NCBI GenBank assembly: GCA_002269645.1
Contig: NIVC01001541.1
Coordinates: 207,797 to 271,796, forward strand
Reading direction: 5' to 3'
Source: Macrostomum lignano
Lineage: Eukaryota
DNA: 64,000 nucleotides
Shown here piece after piece: positions 1 to 18,276 of the stretch (position 1 is the stretch's first letter; the number at the start of each line of letters is the position of its first letter). Below the pieces are notes generated by a model. It did no database searches. It was not told the origin of the DNA and saw nothing but the letters and a program-made list of their open reading frames with translations. Both the position numbers and the translations under genes were made by a program.

Positions 1-304
1 CATGCACTATTGGCTATTTTACGCGACAAACTTTCAGTTACAAACGCCTTGCTCAATCCAGTTATTAGTAGACTATACTAGGGTACTTTGAAACCGCTTC
101 CTGCAAGTGTAATGCCAGTTCTCTTCCTGCGTTTTGCACCCTGCTCAAAAATTATAAATACTTTGCGATGCTGACTACAGATTATTTTTTATTTCTGACA
201 ATAAAGCGGCTCTTTTACACAGCTTTGCTAAACATCAATTCGCTTGGGATTAGAGCTGACTCGTATTTTACCGGGAATAGGGACACGGTCTGTGGGGTCT
301 GGAT

Positions 305-1432
305 CACAGTCTGACACACAGTCTGACTCACTGACTCACAGTCTGACTAACAGTCTGGCTCACAGTCTGACTCACAGTCTGACTCACTGACTCACAGTCT
401 GACTAACAGTCTGGATCACAGTCTGACACACAGTCTGACTCACTGACTCACAGTCTGACTAACAGTCTGGCTCACAGTCTGACTCACAGTCTGACTCACA
501 GTCTGACTCACTGACTCACAGTCTGACTCACTGACTCACAGTCTGACTAACAGTCTGACTCACAGTCTGACTAACAGTCTGGCTCACAGTCTGACACACA
601 GTCTGACTCACTGACTCACAGTCTGACTAACAGTCTGGCTCACAGTCTGACTCACAGTCTGACTCACAGTCTGACTCACAGTCTGACTCACAGTCCGACT
701 CACAGTCTGGCTCACAGTCTGACTCACAGTCTAACTCACTGACTCACAGTATGGCTTACAGTCTGGCTCACAGTCTGACTCACAGTCCGACTCACAGTCT
801 GACTCACAGTCTGACTCACTGACTCACAGTCTGACTCACAGTCTGACTTACAGTCTGACTCACAGTATGACTCACAGTCTGGCTCACAGTCTGACTCAGT
901 CTGACTACCAGTCTGACTCACAGTCTGACTCAGTCTGACTACCAGTCTGACTCACAGTCTGACTCACAGTCTGGCTAACAGTCTGACTCACAGTCTGACT
1001 CACAGTCTGACTCACAGTCTGACTCACAGTCTGACTCACAGTCTGACTCACAGTCTGACTCACAGTATGACTCACAGTCTGGCTAACAGTCTGACTCACA
1101 GTCTGACTCACAGTCTGACTCACAGTCTGACTCACTGACTCACAGTCTGACTCACAGTCTGACTCACAGTATGACTCACAGTCTGACTCACAGTCTGACT
1201 CACAGTCTGACTCACAGTCTGACTCACAGTATGACTCACAGTCTGGCTAACAGTCTGACTCACAGTCTGACTCACAGTCTGACTCACAGTCTGACTCACT
1301 GACTCACAGTCTGACTCACAGTCTGACTCACAGTATGACTCACAGTCTGGCTCACAGTCTGACTCACAGTCTGACTAACAGTCTGACTCACAGTCTGGCT
1401 CACTGACTCACAGTATGGCTTACAGTCTAGTC
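305..1432. repeat. Minisatellite, 12-bp unit CACAGTCTGACT (about 90 imperfect copies)
   Basis: Read directly from the sequence. It explains the low-complexity SQTV/DCES ORFs. Confidence 0.97.
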
Positions 1433-1468
1433 TGACAACCCTTTACGCCAACCAACTAAATCGGCGTA

Positions 1469-1487
1469 TATACTTTAGTAGTCCTTG
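1469..1487. mobile_element. Probable terminal inverted repeat of a hAT-type element whose other end lies left of the window
   Basis: TAGTAGTCCTTG (1476-1487) matches the terminus of the 47-bp element at 49636-49682. It abuts a truncated copy of the 80-bp dispersed repeat. Confidence 0.5.
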
Positions 1488-1578
1488 CGTGCGATTCTGA
1501 CTCATGAGGGTCAGCCCCCAAGGCACAGAGAATGTACATGCCCGATGATTAGAAAGTCAGGGGCCGCCGTACACCCTG
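1488..1578 (+). repeat. About 80-bp dispersed repeat, copy 1 of 4
   Basis: GAGGGTCAGCCCCCAAGGCACAGAGAATGTACATGCCCGATGATTAGAAAGTCAGGGGCCGCCGTACACCC is homologous to 3302-3372 (+), 8503-8590 (-) and 18479-18577 (-). Confidence 0.8.
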
Positions 1579-2884
1579 TCTGAGCAGTTTGTTACATTCC
1601 GCATGTCGAGTATCTGATGCCGCAACACCCGTAGAAAGCCAGCCGTGCATCCCAGCAGCACACAGGCCTCAAATGCTCTACTAGCACCCCCGGCTGAGAG
1701 CTGATATCGCACAGGATCAGCGTCTTCTTGGAAGAAGTATCCAGATCGATGAAGCAGTCTGGCAGACTCGAGAGCAAGCTGTGTTGTGTTTGTCCACACA
1801 TGCTTGTATGCGTCCACGAAATTGCTGACAATGAGTGGCGCTTGCATGGGAGGCTAAGCTGGGGGCAGGCACACAGGGGTGAGAGAGAGAGAGTGAACGA
1901 GAGCCTCCACACCGCGGCCAATCAGCGTGCTAGGGGGAGAGAAAATCAAAGAAAAATGAAGGCAAAGTTAGCAGGGGTGACGCAAAAGGTCACACAGACG
2001 GAGAAGGCTGCATAAGCGCACACTGGCACATGCTATGGACTACTGGACTATATTTCAGCGTTCCAGTGCACCTGCGTATCTTTGACACACTCTGGCGAAA
2101 ACGCGCAGCAAAAAATTACAAACGTTGGCACCCGTCAATGTTTGGCTTGACTGTCATTTGCCTGCGTGGCTCGTGCCAAAGTCAACAGCGCTAATCATCA
2201 CAAAGTATTCCATTGTTCGATCCTTGAAGCACTTTCACACCGATGACGCAGCAGGCGTCTTCTTTCACGATAAATTAACGTCTCCATTTCAAACCCAATA
2301 AGGGAGCCAACAGAGCTGGTCTGCATCCAGCTCACGGTCGGACAAATCGCCATCAAACCAGAGCAGTTTTTTTGCGACACCTTTTATTTAAACTTTTGTC
2401 ATTTTGTACATCTGGCTCTCTGGTTTCCGCCTCTGCTGGTACGGGCTTCAAAGGGCTGGAATACAGACAGTACAAGGGCATGTAAGAGAGGGACAGTCAC
2501 AACAGCAGGCCTTGAAAATCTGAAATAGAAACTGTTTGTTCGCGAGAGTCAGGTTTCAGTCATCAGTGCTCGCTGGCTTTTAGTTGCCTTCAGTTCAGCC
2601 ACGGACGAAGAAGTCGCCGCTGCTGGCGCTTCTGAGGGCGGCCGGGACTGCAGCATGCGAACTCCAGCAGGTGGCACAGGCGCTGCTGCTGGCTGAAGAT
2701 CACCGACTGACAGTCGGTGCCGCACTGGTCGACGCACTCGGCGAGTCCTCGAGCGCTGACGATCGAGAAAGCAACGAGAATCGGGCTGCTCATGGCCACC
2801 AGGTCGCGGTCACCGAGGACGATGAAAGGCTCGTCTGCAGTGATTATTGTTAGGCGTTATGCCTTAATCTGATGCTGGGTTATG

Positions 2885-3228
2885 AGGTACAGAGTAGCCC
2901 AGCGGTAACCCTTAGGTACAGAGTAGCCCAGCGGTAACCCTTAGGTACAGAGTAGCCCAGCGGTAACCCTTAGGTACAAAGTAGCCCAGCGGTAACCCTT
3001 AGGTACAGAGTAGCCCAGCGGTAACCCTTAGGTACAAAGTAGCCCAGCGGTAACCCTTAGGTACAGAGTAGCCCAGCGGTAACCCTTAGGTACAGAGTAG
3101 CCCAGCGGTAACCCTTAGGTACAGAGTAGCCCAGCGGTAACCCTTAGGTACAAAGTAGCCCAGCGGTAACCCTTAGGTACAAAGTAGCCCAGCGGTAACC
3201 CTTAGGTACAAAGTAGCCCAGCGGTAAC
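2885..3228. repeat. Minisatellite, 29-bp unit AGGTACAGAGTAGCCCAGCGGTAACCCTT (about 12 copies) in the WSC-PAN intron
   Basis: Read directly; GGTAC recurs at 2886, 2915 and onward. Confidence 0.97.
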
Positions 3229-3301
3229 TAACCCACGTGTCTTAAGTGTCGTGTCAAAGTACCCGTGGTTCGTCATCATATTTGTGTACGAAAACTGGCC
3301 T

Positions 3302-3372
3302 TAGGGTCAATTCCTCAAGGCGCAGGGTGATTGCATGTCCGATGATGAGAAACTCAGGGCAGCATACTCGGG
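3302..3372 (+). repeat. About 80-bp dispersed repeat, diverged copy 2
   Basis: AGGGTCAATTCCTCAAGGCGCAG...CATGTCCGATGATGAGAAACTCAGGG aligns to 1507-1564. Confidence 0.6.
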
Positions 3373-4778
3373 CATGATTTTGCCTCTGCTGGCTCCCAGT
3401 CTGCAGCATTGTTTTACCACTCAGTGAAGTGTTGATAATAAACTCACTGTAGGCGCAGGCCAGGCGGTACACTTCATTCCGGTATGGACCGCCGCAGTTT
3501 TGAGCCGCATTGCCAGCGCAGTTATGCCAGCAGTTGCCGCTGAGGCCGCGCCGTGCGACCCGTAGGAGTTGTCGCAGCCTGCAGCGCCATGTAGCGGAAG
3601 TCGCCCGGCTCAAAGATGCTGCCGCACAGCTCGTGAGTCATCTGGGTGGAGTAGACCAAGCCGTAGGCACTGGAAATATTTGTCTGCTCCATGCCGTGGC
3701 CACCGACTCGCGTGAGGCCGAGGTATTTAGGCCTCTGACGTCTCTCTCTGTCGCTGCGTCAACGAAGCAGCCGAGGTCCGAGGCCCGGAACTGGCGGTAG
3801 AGAGCGGAGCAGATGAAGCAGCTCAGGATCAGAGCGCAGAGGGTCCTGTAGAGGGCTGGCATGGCTAAGAGGTTCTCTGGATGCGATCAATTTTAGTGAT
3901 AGAAAATTAGCTGACTTTAGACTCCTGAGTCACACAAAGAACTGCCTTTAACCACTTCAGCTGTTGCCGCTATTGGCAAATTGATAAGGTGAACCGTTTA
4001 CCGGTTCGATGAGCTCCCATTAAAATCTACGACTTTCAATTGCTGGTTTTAAGTGAATTTTCGCACCTTTTATCAGCATATTTTTAGCAGCGCTTCCAGG
4101 TCACTGCCTGATCCGCTTTAGTGGGCGGGCGATGCCATCAGGCCTGAGTGCCGCAGAAAAAACCCTGGCATTGAAAATCGGGATCGGTGCTGACTGTGCG
4201 AGAGGAAGCCACTATTACCGATTCACCACCGGCACTGCAAAGTTAAGCATAATTTGCCACGGTTAGTACATCGTGAGCGAGCTACGGTAGAAATACAGCG
4301 TGGGAGAGTCAGATCTGTACAGAGCTGTCCACCGCCATCGGATGCGTGGACTTTGAAGGCCGAAGGGTCCTTCTAAGCCCCAAAGCGAGAAAAATAACAA
4401 AATATGCAATTGCATTCAGTGAAGCTAATTGGATGCGAGGTGAGAGAAGCAGCCAAAGTGTAATGGCAAGCACAACCCACAGTGCAGCAGGCTTTGTGTT
4501 CGCGCAAAATATCTCAAACTTTCTTTTCGTCTCCAGTGCGCGAGCTCGGTTGCTAACCAGCTGAGCAGGGGGTGCAGAGGCCGGCGCAGATAGAAAGCGA
4601 AGGCCAGCAGATATGTTTTGTCACAGCCTCTCGGCCTGTATTTATTCATCTTGTTACCGCTTTTTCGGCTGCTTATCTGGCTGTCTGGCTGCACAGGCTA
4701 CTCGGGTTGGAAGAGCAGAAAGCCGCTCGGTACAGGTGATTTAGCAGCAAGTGATTTTATTTGCTCGGCAAGTCCGGT

Positions 4779-11767
<6,989 letters not shown>

Positions 11768-12358
11768 GGAGGAGGACATTGCTGAGATGCAACTGTCTCC
11801 AGTACCTCTGACGATGGACTCGAGACGAAATTAAATCGTGGACTAAATCAATTTTTACTTAGCCGTGTCGCTCGATCAAAATCTGCAACTCCTGAAGGGT
11901 TACCTGAATGCGAGCGCTTCATCCTGATAGACTGCAGCTGCCTGGAAACTCGGAAATCGAAAATGACTTGTTCAATCAACCGTGACCTTTTCTGTAACCA
12001 CAAATAACATCAACTCAGTTGCGTGACCAGCCTGATCTGCCAGCCTTATTTTATTGGTTTGCTATTCAGATATTCAGCTGCTATTCTCAACATGCGCTGG
12101 TAATAAAATACAAAACCGCACCAACCCTCCGATAGATGGAAATCTGCCACTCGATCATTAGTTTAAGGGTTGTTTAATCGAAACCTTTCTTAGTTTCAAG
12201 CGGAATGCTTGTATATTTTACGAACTTTCTTAGACTTTTGTGGCACAAATTGCTCCGCAAAAGGTAATAAAGAAACTACGAGAATTCAAATTTCGTCACT
12301 AGAGAAGTGACTTTTTCAACTGCTCAGCGCTTAGGTTCCAGACGATCTCATGCCGACC

Positions 12359-13135
12359 TCAGATGAACGGGTTGAGGCACTCGCACAGAGCTCGGATCAG
12401 GCGGGAGGGCAGCGACTCCTCCTCGTCGTCCAATCCGTAGTCGTGATCGAACCAAATGTCGACCCGATTGTGTTCGGCGCCCTCGTTCGGCTGGCCGCTG
12501 CCCCACGCCTCGGGCTTGATGGCGATGTTGCAGTCGCGCCAGTACCAGGTGCCGGAGCTGAGCGGGGAAGGCCGGTAACCGCCCAGGTAGAAGCTGCGCT
12601 TTGAGGAGCTTAAGTCCTTATTGAGAATCGGCATCAGAGTTCGGATGTGCTCCACCTCCGGCCTGTCGATTCCGTCGGCGAACTTGGCGAGTCCGGGCTC
12701 CGAGTTGCACTTGTTGAGGCCGTCCGTCCAGCTCGACACGCCCACCATCTTGTAGACGGAGCTGCGATAGCCGTTGGCGAAGTCGGCAGGGCACAGCCGG
12801 CCGTTCGGCAGGCCCTCCAGGCTCCTCACGAAGGCCCAACCGGAGCGGTCGCAGCCGGCCTCGTTCGGCATGTGGCTGCACCTGTCGAACTCCATCGTCT
12901 GGCAGACGGAGCCGTCGTCGCCAGTCAGTCGGAAGCCGCGGCATCGGACGCCGCGGTTGATGCAGATTACGCTGCACTTCACATTGCTGGGTCTTGCCAG
13001 CGGGGTGTTGTGGAGAAACTCGGGCCTGAGGCACAGCCGAATAAAGTGCTTTGTGAACTGCTGGGTGCTGAGCTCAGCTGCGGCAGAGCAGCTGGATCCC
13101 AGCAGGTACAGCAGAAGTAGCTTCCAGTGATTCAT
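12359..13135 (-). CDS. Secreted PAN-like + C-type lectin domain protein, copy 1 (258 aa, intronless)
   Basis: Signal peptide MNHWKLLLLYLLGSSC; PAN-like pattern C-x3-C...CRGF...C; CTLD motifs SWTDGLNKC, FYLGG, WYW, WGSGQPN, ALCEC. Confidence 0.88.
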   Translation of the reverse strand: MNHWKLLLLYLLGSSCSAAAELSTQQFTKHFIRLCLRPEFLHNTPLARPSNVKCSVICINRGVRCRGFRLTGDDGSVCQTMEFDRCSHMPNEAGCDRSGWAFVRSLEGLPNGRLCPADFANGYRSSVYKMVGVSSWTDGLNKCNSEPGLAKFADGIDRPEVEHIRTLMPILNKDLSSSKRSFYLGGYRPSPLSSGTWYWRDCNIAIKPEAWGSGQPNEGAEHNRVDIWFDHDYGLDDEEESLPSRLIRALCECLNPFI

Positions 13136-14899
13136 GTCTTTAGATCCTGGTGGGGCCCTGGGCGGAACTCTTTATACTACACAAGAAAGCCAATGCGCTC
13201 TGCCCTGGGCTATTTTCACAGCAAATGAAGCCAGCGCCTGACTGCATGCATCCCTGTTGCTTGAACAATCAGGGACACTGGCGGGGGATTTGCTATTTGC
13301 TTCTGCGCTGGTGGTTTGAAATTGAAACAAGAAAATTGCAGAAAAGTTTCAGCAATGCTATAATGTCTTCTGTGTGGAACAGAAACTCCAGCTCGCTGGC
13401 TTTGTTTGCTCTGAAATCAGGCAGGTAAAAGTGGCTTGGGAAATTTTCACCGCATACTCAACAAGCTGTCAGGTCAGCCTTGCATCAATCAATCTAAAGT
13501 CGCCTGATTTCTCAGAAAGTCTAAGCCTGTTCTCTGACACTTGTACTTTTATTCTTGGACTGTTTACGTCAACAGAGCGCGCTTCTTGCAGGAATTACAA
13601 TATAATGTCTCTCCGCACTTTTTGAGTCGTATTAGTTGCTATGAGGGGGGATTGTGCTGAGACTCAGACTTTGTCTCAGAAACTACTCCAGCAGCATTGA
13701 AAAGTCGCCACTCTGTGCGCCAGTGAGCTCCCCCCACTTCATTCCTCAACTCAACTCAAGTCTGCTGCGGCATAGCTAAGTTGCGTCACTCGCTAAGATT
13801 GAGAAACTTTACCTGCACTCTTAAAAGTGTCGAACCCCAGACGGAATCTTCTGTGATGGCGATATTGCGAGATAATCTTTTACTAGTTAACTTAACTTTT
13901 TAAAGATGAAGTCAAAACTGCTGATCGTTTGAATATTCTTCCCTTCTTAGGCTGTCTTTGCGCCGTAAAAAATCAACTTGAAAAATGTTTTGGAGAGAGA
14001 GCGTTCGGCATTTGCTTCAGGGTTTTTCCGCACTGAAAAGCTGGTCTGTGTGCTCGTGTCGTCTATAAATTTTACTGCTCATATTTAGATACGAGCAGTG
14101 GCTTTAAGCACCCTGGAGCACTCTAATAAGTGAAAGTTGTCGCACAACCGGCGAGAGGCAACTCACTGCCCATTCCTGAGCAGGTGTACAAGAGCAGAAT
14201 CTGAGGTAGATGCAGAATGCAATTTGGTGTCCTTTACAGTCGTGCGAACAACCAAAAAATGATAAATTGGTTTTAATTTCTTTCGTTTCTGCTTCTATAA
14301 AAATATTTTCTTGGCCTGCTGTAAGTAGTACAATTACGAGCTATATTCTTAAAACTTCTGTGACTTCACCTCCAGCAGGTGACTGGAGACCAGCAGTTGA
14401 TCAAAAATTTTTTTCAAGTCAATTGAAAACTTGATCTAAACTAAAGCCACGTTTAACCCACATCAAGGAGGCAATTCGTTAACACAGTGATCGTCAGCCC
14501 CCGTTGTTAAATATAGTTAGCCTATTACAACTCTCTTAACATGCGCCCTTGCGGAGTCCACAGTCCACCTCTTAGAAGCCGCCAGTGTCACTGCTGAGTT
14601 TCAGGACATGGTTGGTGAGCGAATTGCTAAAGAAGGAATTTTAATTATGACTTTCCTACCGGCGGCTAAATCTTGTGTCACTTCTTTAACATACAGTTTC
14701 AAGCTCAGGAGCTCACCAGAAATGCTCGAAGTAATGGCTGATAGGGATGAATAGGAGAAGATGTCAGAAAACTCCATTTCGGTCATAATTGATTTTCTAT
14801 TCTGAAAACTATTTGGAAAGAGACGGTTCATTGATTTTTATCTAAGAACTCCGTGTGCCAACGAAGAGGATGTACAGGAAAGTGGAGACCAACATTGTT

Positions 14900-15110
14900 G
14901 GGGGAGGCATCACAAACCCGAAAAATCACACCTTCGAAAAGCATTTACATCATAAACCTGAAATATCACAAAGCCGAAATATCATAACTCTGAAAACCAA
15001 AATAGCATTAAACATTGCTAGCATTTTCGGAGTTATGATTCTTCTGGTTTGTGATATTTCGAGTTTGTGATGTTTCGGATTTGTGATTTTTCGGGTTTGT
15101 GATGCCCCCC
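14900..15110. mobile_element. Foldback-like MITE with modular inverted arms
   Basis: Left end GGGGAGGCATCACAAACCCGAAAAATCACA; the right end reads GGGGGGCATCACAAACCCGAAAAATCACA on the minus strand. Internal TCACAAA.C.GAAA subrepeats. Confidence 0.75.
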
Positions 15111-15448
15111 TGAAAATACAAGGCCAAGACAAAGATATGTGACGGTTGCGTCCTCACGCTTGAAGGCACGAACATTGCCAGGCACCAACGTGTGTGCCCG
15201 GGATGCTGACGTTTTGGGGTCCCCCTGCTTCCGGGTGATAACGGGAAAGAAGAAGACCTCCATCTGCCAATGAAAGGGCAGCATCCCACAGCTCCTGAAA
15301 TGACGCGAAGCCAATTAGGAAGTGCAATAATTTGAAAGGCAAAGGCTGGCTTGTAGCACAAAATAGCTTGCTCTGCTAAACTGAGATTGCAGAGAGATAC
15401 CGGAATAGAGGTGCCCTTCCTAAGCGGAGTGGGAAGGCACATTTATAG

Positions 15449-15844
15449 AGTTGGGTTTCACAAACACGAAATTTCACAACCGCTAAAAGCACTTGCTTTC
15501 ATAAGCACGAAACTTCACAAACGCGAAACTTCACAACCGCTAAATTTTTTGCAGTCACTTTCACAAACGCGAAACTTCATAACTGCGAAACTTCACAACC
15601 GCTAAAATTTTTGCACTTATTTTCATATACGACAGTCTTTTGAGCGGTTGTGAAGTTTCGCGTTTGTGAAGTTTAGCGCTTATGAAAGTAGGTGATTTAG
15701 CGGTTGTGAAATGTGAAGTTTTGCGGTTGTGAAGTTTCGCGTTTATGAAAGTGACTGCAATTTTTTAGCGGTTGTGAAGTTTCGCGGTTATGAAAGTAGG
15801 TGATTTAGCGGTTGTGAAATTTCGAACGTTTGTGAAAGCAACCT
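15449..15844. mobile_element. Foldback-like element of about 400 bp built from AAACGCGAAACTTCACAACCGCTAAA modules
   Basis: Forward modules at about 15457-15620 and reverse-complement modules at about 15642-15844. Confidence 0.75.
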
Positions 15845-15955
15845 GGTCCCGGGTCCCCACCTCATGGGGTGGGTACGCCCCGAGCTTCGTAGAGGGAAGG
15901 CAGTGGAACGAACATAGACAGTGGAGAGATACAGACAATGGGGTGAGTCACACGC

Positions 15956-15997
<42 letters not shown>
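15956..15997. repeat. (GACA)n microsatellite
   Basis: Read directly. Confidence 0.95.
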
Positions 15998-15998
<1 letters not shown>

Positions 15999-16227
15999 GA
16001 GATATAGATAAGAAACCAGACAGACACGCAGGGATTCAAACAAGGGGAGAGGGTACATACAGAAAGCAGGAAAAGTTCATAATGTCCGTGGCACAAATGC
16101 CACAGGAAGTGCACAAAAGGAGTCGTGAATCACAGTCAGCCCCGGCTAAGTTGGCCATCTGACATAATAGTGCATCAATCACCTACTTAGGTTGGGGTGA
16201 GTTCAAGTGCAGATGCACACATTAATC

Positions 16228-17442
16228 CGCAACCCCACCAGCCACACTAACCAACAACCCCACCAACCACACTAACCAACAACCCCACCAACCACACTAA
16301 CCAACAACCCCACCAGCCACATTAACCAACAACCCCACCAGCCACATTAACCAACAACCCCACCAGCCACATCAACCAACAACCCCACCAGCCACATCAA
16401 CCAACAACCCCACCAACCACACTAACCAACAACCCCACCAGCCACATTAACCAACAACCCCACCAGCCACATCAACCAACAACCCCACCAGCCACACTAA
16501 CCAACAACCCCACCAGCCACATCAACCAACAACCCCACCAGCCACACTAACCAACAACCCCACCAGCCACATCAACCAACAACCCCACCAGCCACATCAA
16601 CCAACAACCCCACCAGCCACATCAACCCGCAACCCCACCAGCCACATTAACCCGCAACCCCACCAGCCACATCAACCAACAACCCCACCAGCCACATCAA
16701 CCCGCAACCCCACCAGCCACATCAACCCGCAACCCCACCAGCCACATCAACCAACAACCCCACCAGCCACATCAACCCGCAACCCCACCAGCCACATCAA
16801 CCAACAACCCCACCAGCCACATCAACCCGCAACCCCACCAGCCACATCAACCAACAACCCCACCAGCCACATTAACCAACAACCCCACCAGCCACATCAA
16901 CCAACAACCCCACCAGCCACATCAACCAACAACCCCACCAGCCACATCAACCAACAACCCCACCAGCCACATTAACCAACAACCCCACCAGCCACATCAA
17001 CCCGCAACCCCACCAGCCACATTAACCAACAACCCCACCAGCCACATCAACCCGCAACCCCACCAGCCACATTAACCAACAACCCCACCAGCCACATCAA
17101 CCCGCAACCCCACCAGCCACATCAACCAACAACCCCACCAGCCACATCAACCAACAACCCCACCAGCCACATCAACCAACAACCCCACCAGCCACATCAA
17201 CCAACAACCCCACCAGCCACATTAACCAACAACCCCACCAGCCACATCAACCCGCAACCCCACCAGCCACATTAACCAACAACCCCACCAGCCACATCAA
17301 CCCGCAACCCCACCAGCCACATTAACCAACAACCCCACCAGCCACATTAACCAACAACCCCACCAGCCACATCAACCCGCAACCCCACCAGCCACATTAA
17401 CCAACAACCCCACCAGCCACATCAACCCGCAACCCCACCAGC
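16228..17442. repeat. Minisatellite, 25-bp unit CACCAGCCACATCAACCAACAACCC (about 48 copies)
   Basis: The unit recurs at 16261, 16286, 16311 and onward. Confidence 0.97.
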
Positions 17443-17816
17443 AGAGACAGAAAAGTAACGCGAAAGCAACGCGAAACGCTCCGAATCGATTCCGGATCCG
17501 AAATCGCGTATATGAAAGGCTCAGTGCTGCTGCGCTGATCTGCTGCAATTTTATCTTTATTCAGACAAGCGGTCGCCGGAGAAATCTCTGCTCCCGATTC
17601 GTTTCCAAGCGTCATTCGCCTCTTTGCTTTGCTTGAAGCGTTTTCGATTACAGGTTGGCAACCCAAGCCCAGTCTGCAAAATCAGCTCTTCACATGAATA
17701 AACAAGAAATAATTTCGAGCATATACGCCTGTAATACTAGTGCTTTGTTTTTATTGTTTATTTATTTTTTGCTGCTGCTACAGCTCACTGAACGTACAGG
17801 TTCTTTTGTACAGGTA

Positions 17817-18276
17817 CTAAAGCCTCACAGCTAAAGCCTCACAGCTAAAGCCTCACAGCTAAAGCCTCACAGCTAAAGCCTCACAGCTAAAGCCTCACAG
17901 CTAAAGCCTCACAGCTAAAGCCTCACAGCTAAAGCCTCACAGCTAAAGCCTCACAGCTAAAGCCTCACAGCTAAAGCCTCACAGCTAAAGCCTCACAGCT
18001 AAAGCCTCACAGCTAAAGCCTCACAGCTAAAGCCTCACAGCTAAAGCCTCACAGCTAAAGCCTCACAGCTAAAGCCTCACAGCTAAAGCCTCACAGCTAA
18101 AGCCTCACAGCTAAAGCCTCACAGCTAAAGCCTCACAGCTAAAGCCTCACAGCTAAAGCCTCACAGCTAAAGCCTCACAGCTAAAGCCTCACAGCTAAAG
18201 CCTCACAGCTAAAGCCTCACAGCTAAAGCCTCACAGCTAAAGCCTCACAGCTAAAGCCTCACAGCTAAAGCCTCAC
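17817..18276. repeat. Perfect minisatellite, 14-bp unit CTAAAGCCTCACAG (about 33 copies)
   Basis: Read directly. Confidence 0.98.

Larger units (their letters stand above)
2590..3862 (-). pseudogene. Secreted WSC-domain + PAN/apple-domain protein with multiple frameshifts (pseudogene or locally erroneous assembly)
   Basis: Exon 1 (3862-3448) has a signal peptide MPALYRTLCALILSCFICS followed by WSC motifs spread over shifting frames: LGCFVD..RD, STQMTHELC..FRYMALQ, CDNSYG, CWHNCAGNAAQNCGGPYRNEVY. A phase-1 donor A|GTGAG joins a phase-1 acceptor CTGCAG|AC at 2834. Exon 2 encodes the PAN-like ARGLAECVDQCGTDCQSVIFSQQQRLCHL. Confidence 0.75.

Noticed and set aside
1540-1565. Canonical hammerhead ribozyme in the 80-bp element
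   Set aside because: Only 3 nt lie between CUGAUGA and GAAA, so there is no helix II, and core positions vary among copies. Kept only as an unexplained repeat.
1557-1921. Possible LINE reverse-transcriptase fragment (CFIDLD...)
   Set aside because: The resemblance is a few residues only, and no other RT motifs could be found.
2885-3228. Regularly spaced 29-bp repeats as a possible CRISPR array (likewise the 30-, 45-, 48- and 52-bp arrays)
   Set aside because: The units are head-to-tail with no unique spacers, there are no cas genes, and the context is eukaryotic.
12618-13130. Overlapping alternative-frame and antisense ORFs over the lectin genes (also at 19489-20253, 25828-26571, 32216-32915)
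   Set aside because: These are shadows of GC-rich coding sequence. They recur only because the genes are near-identical.
14601-14831. hAT transposase C-terminal dimerisation domain
   Set aside because: It lacks the diagnostic ERxFS motif, and no TIRs were found nearby.
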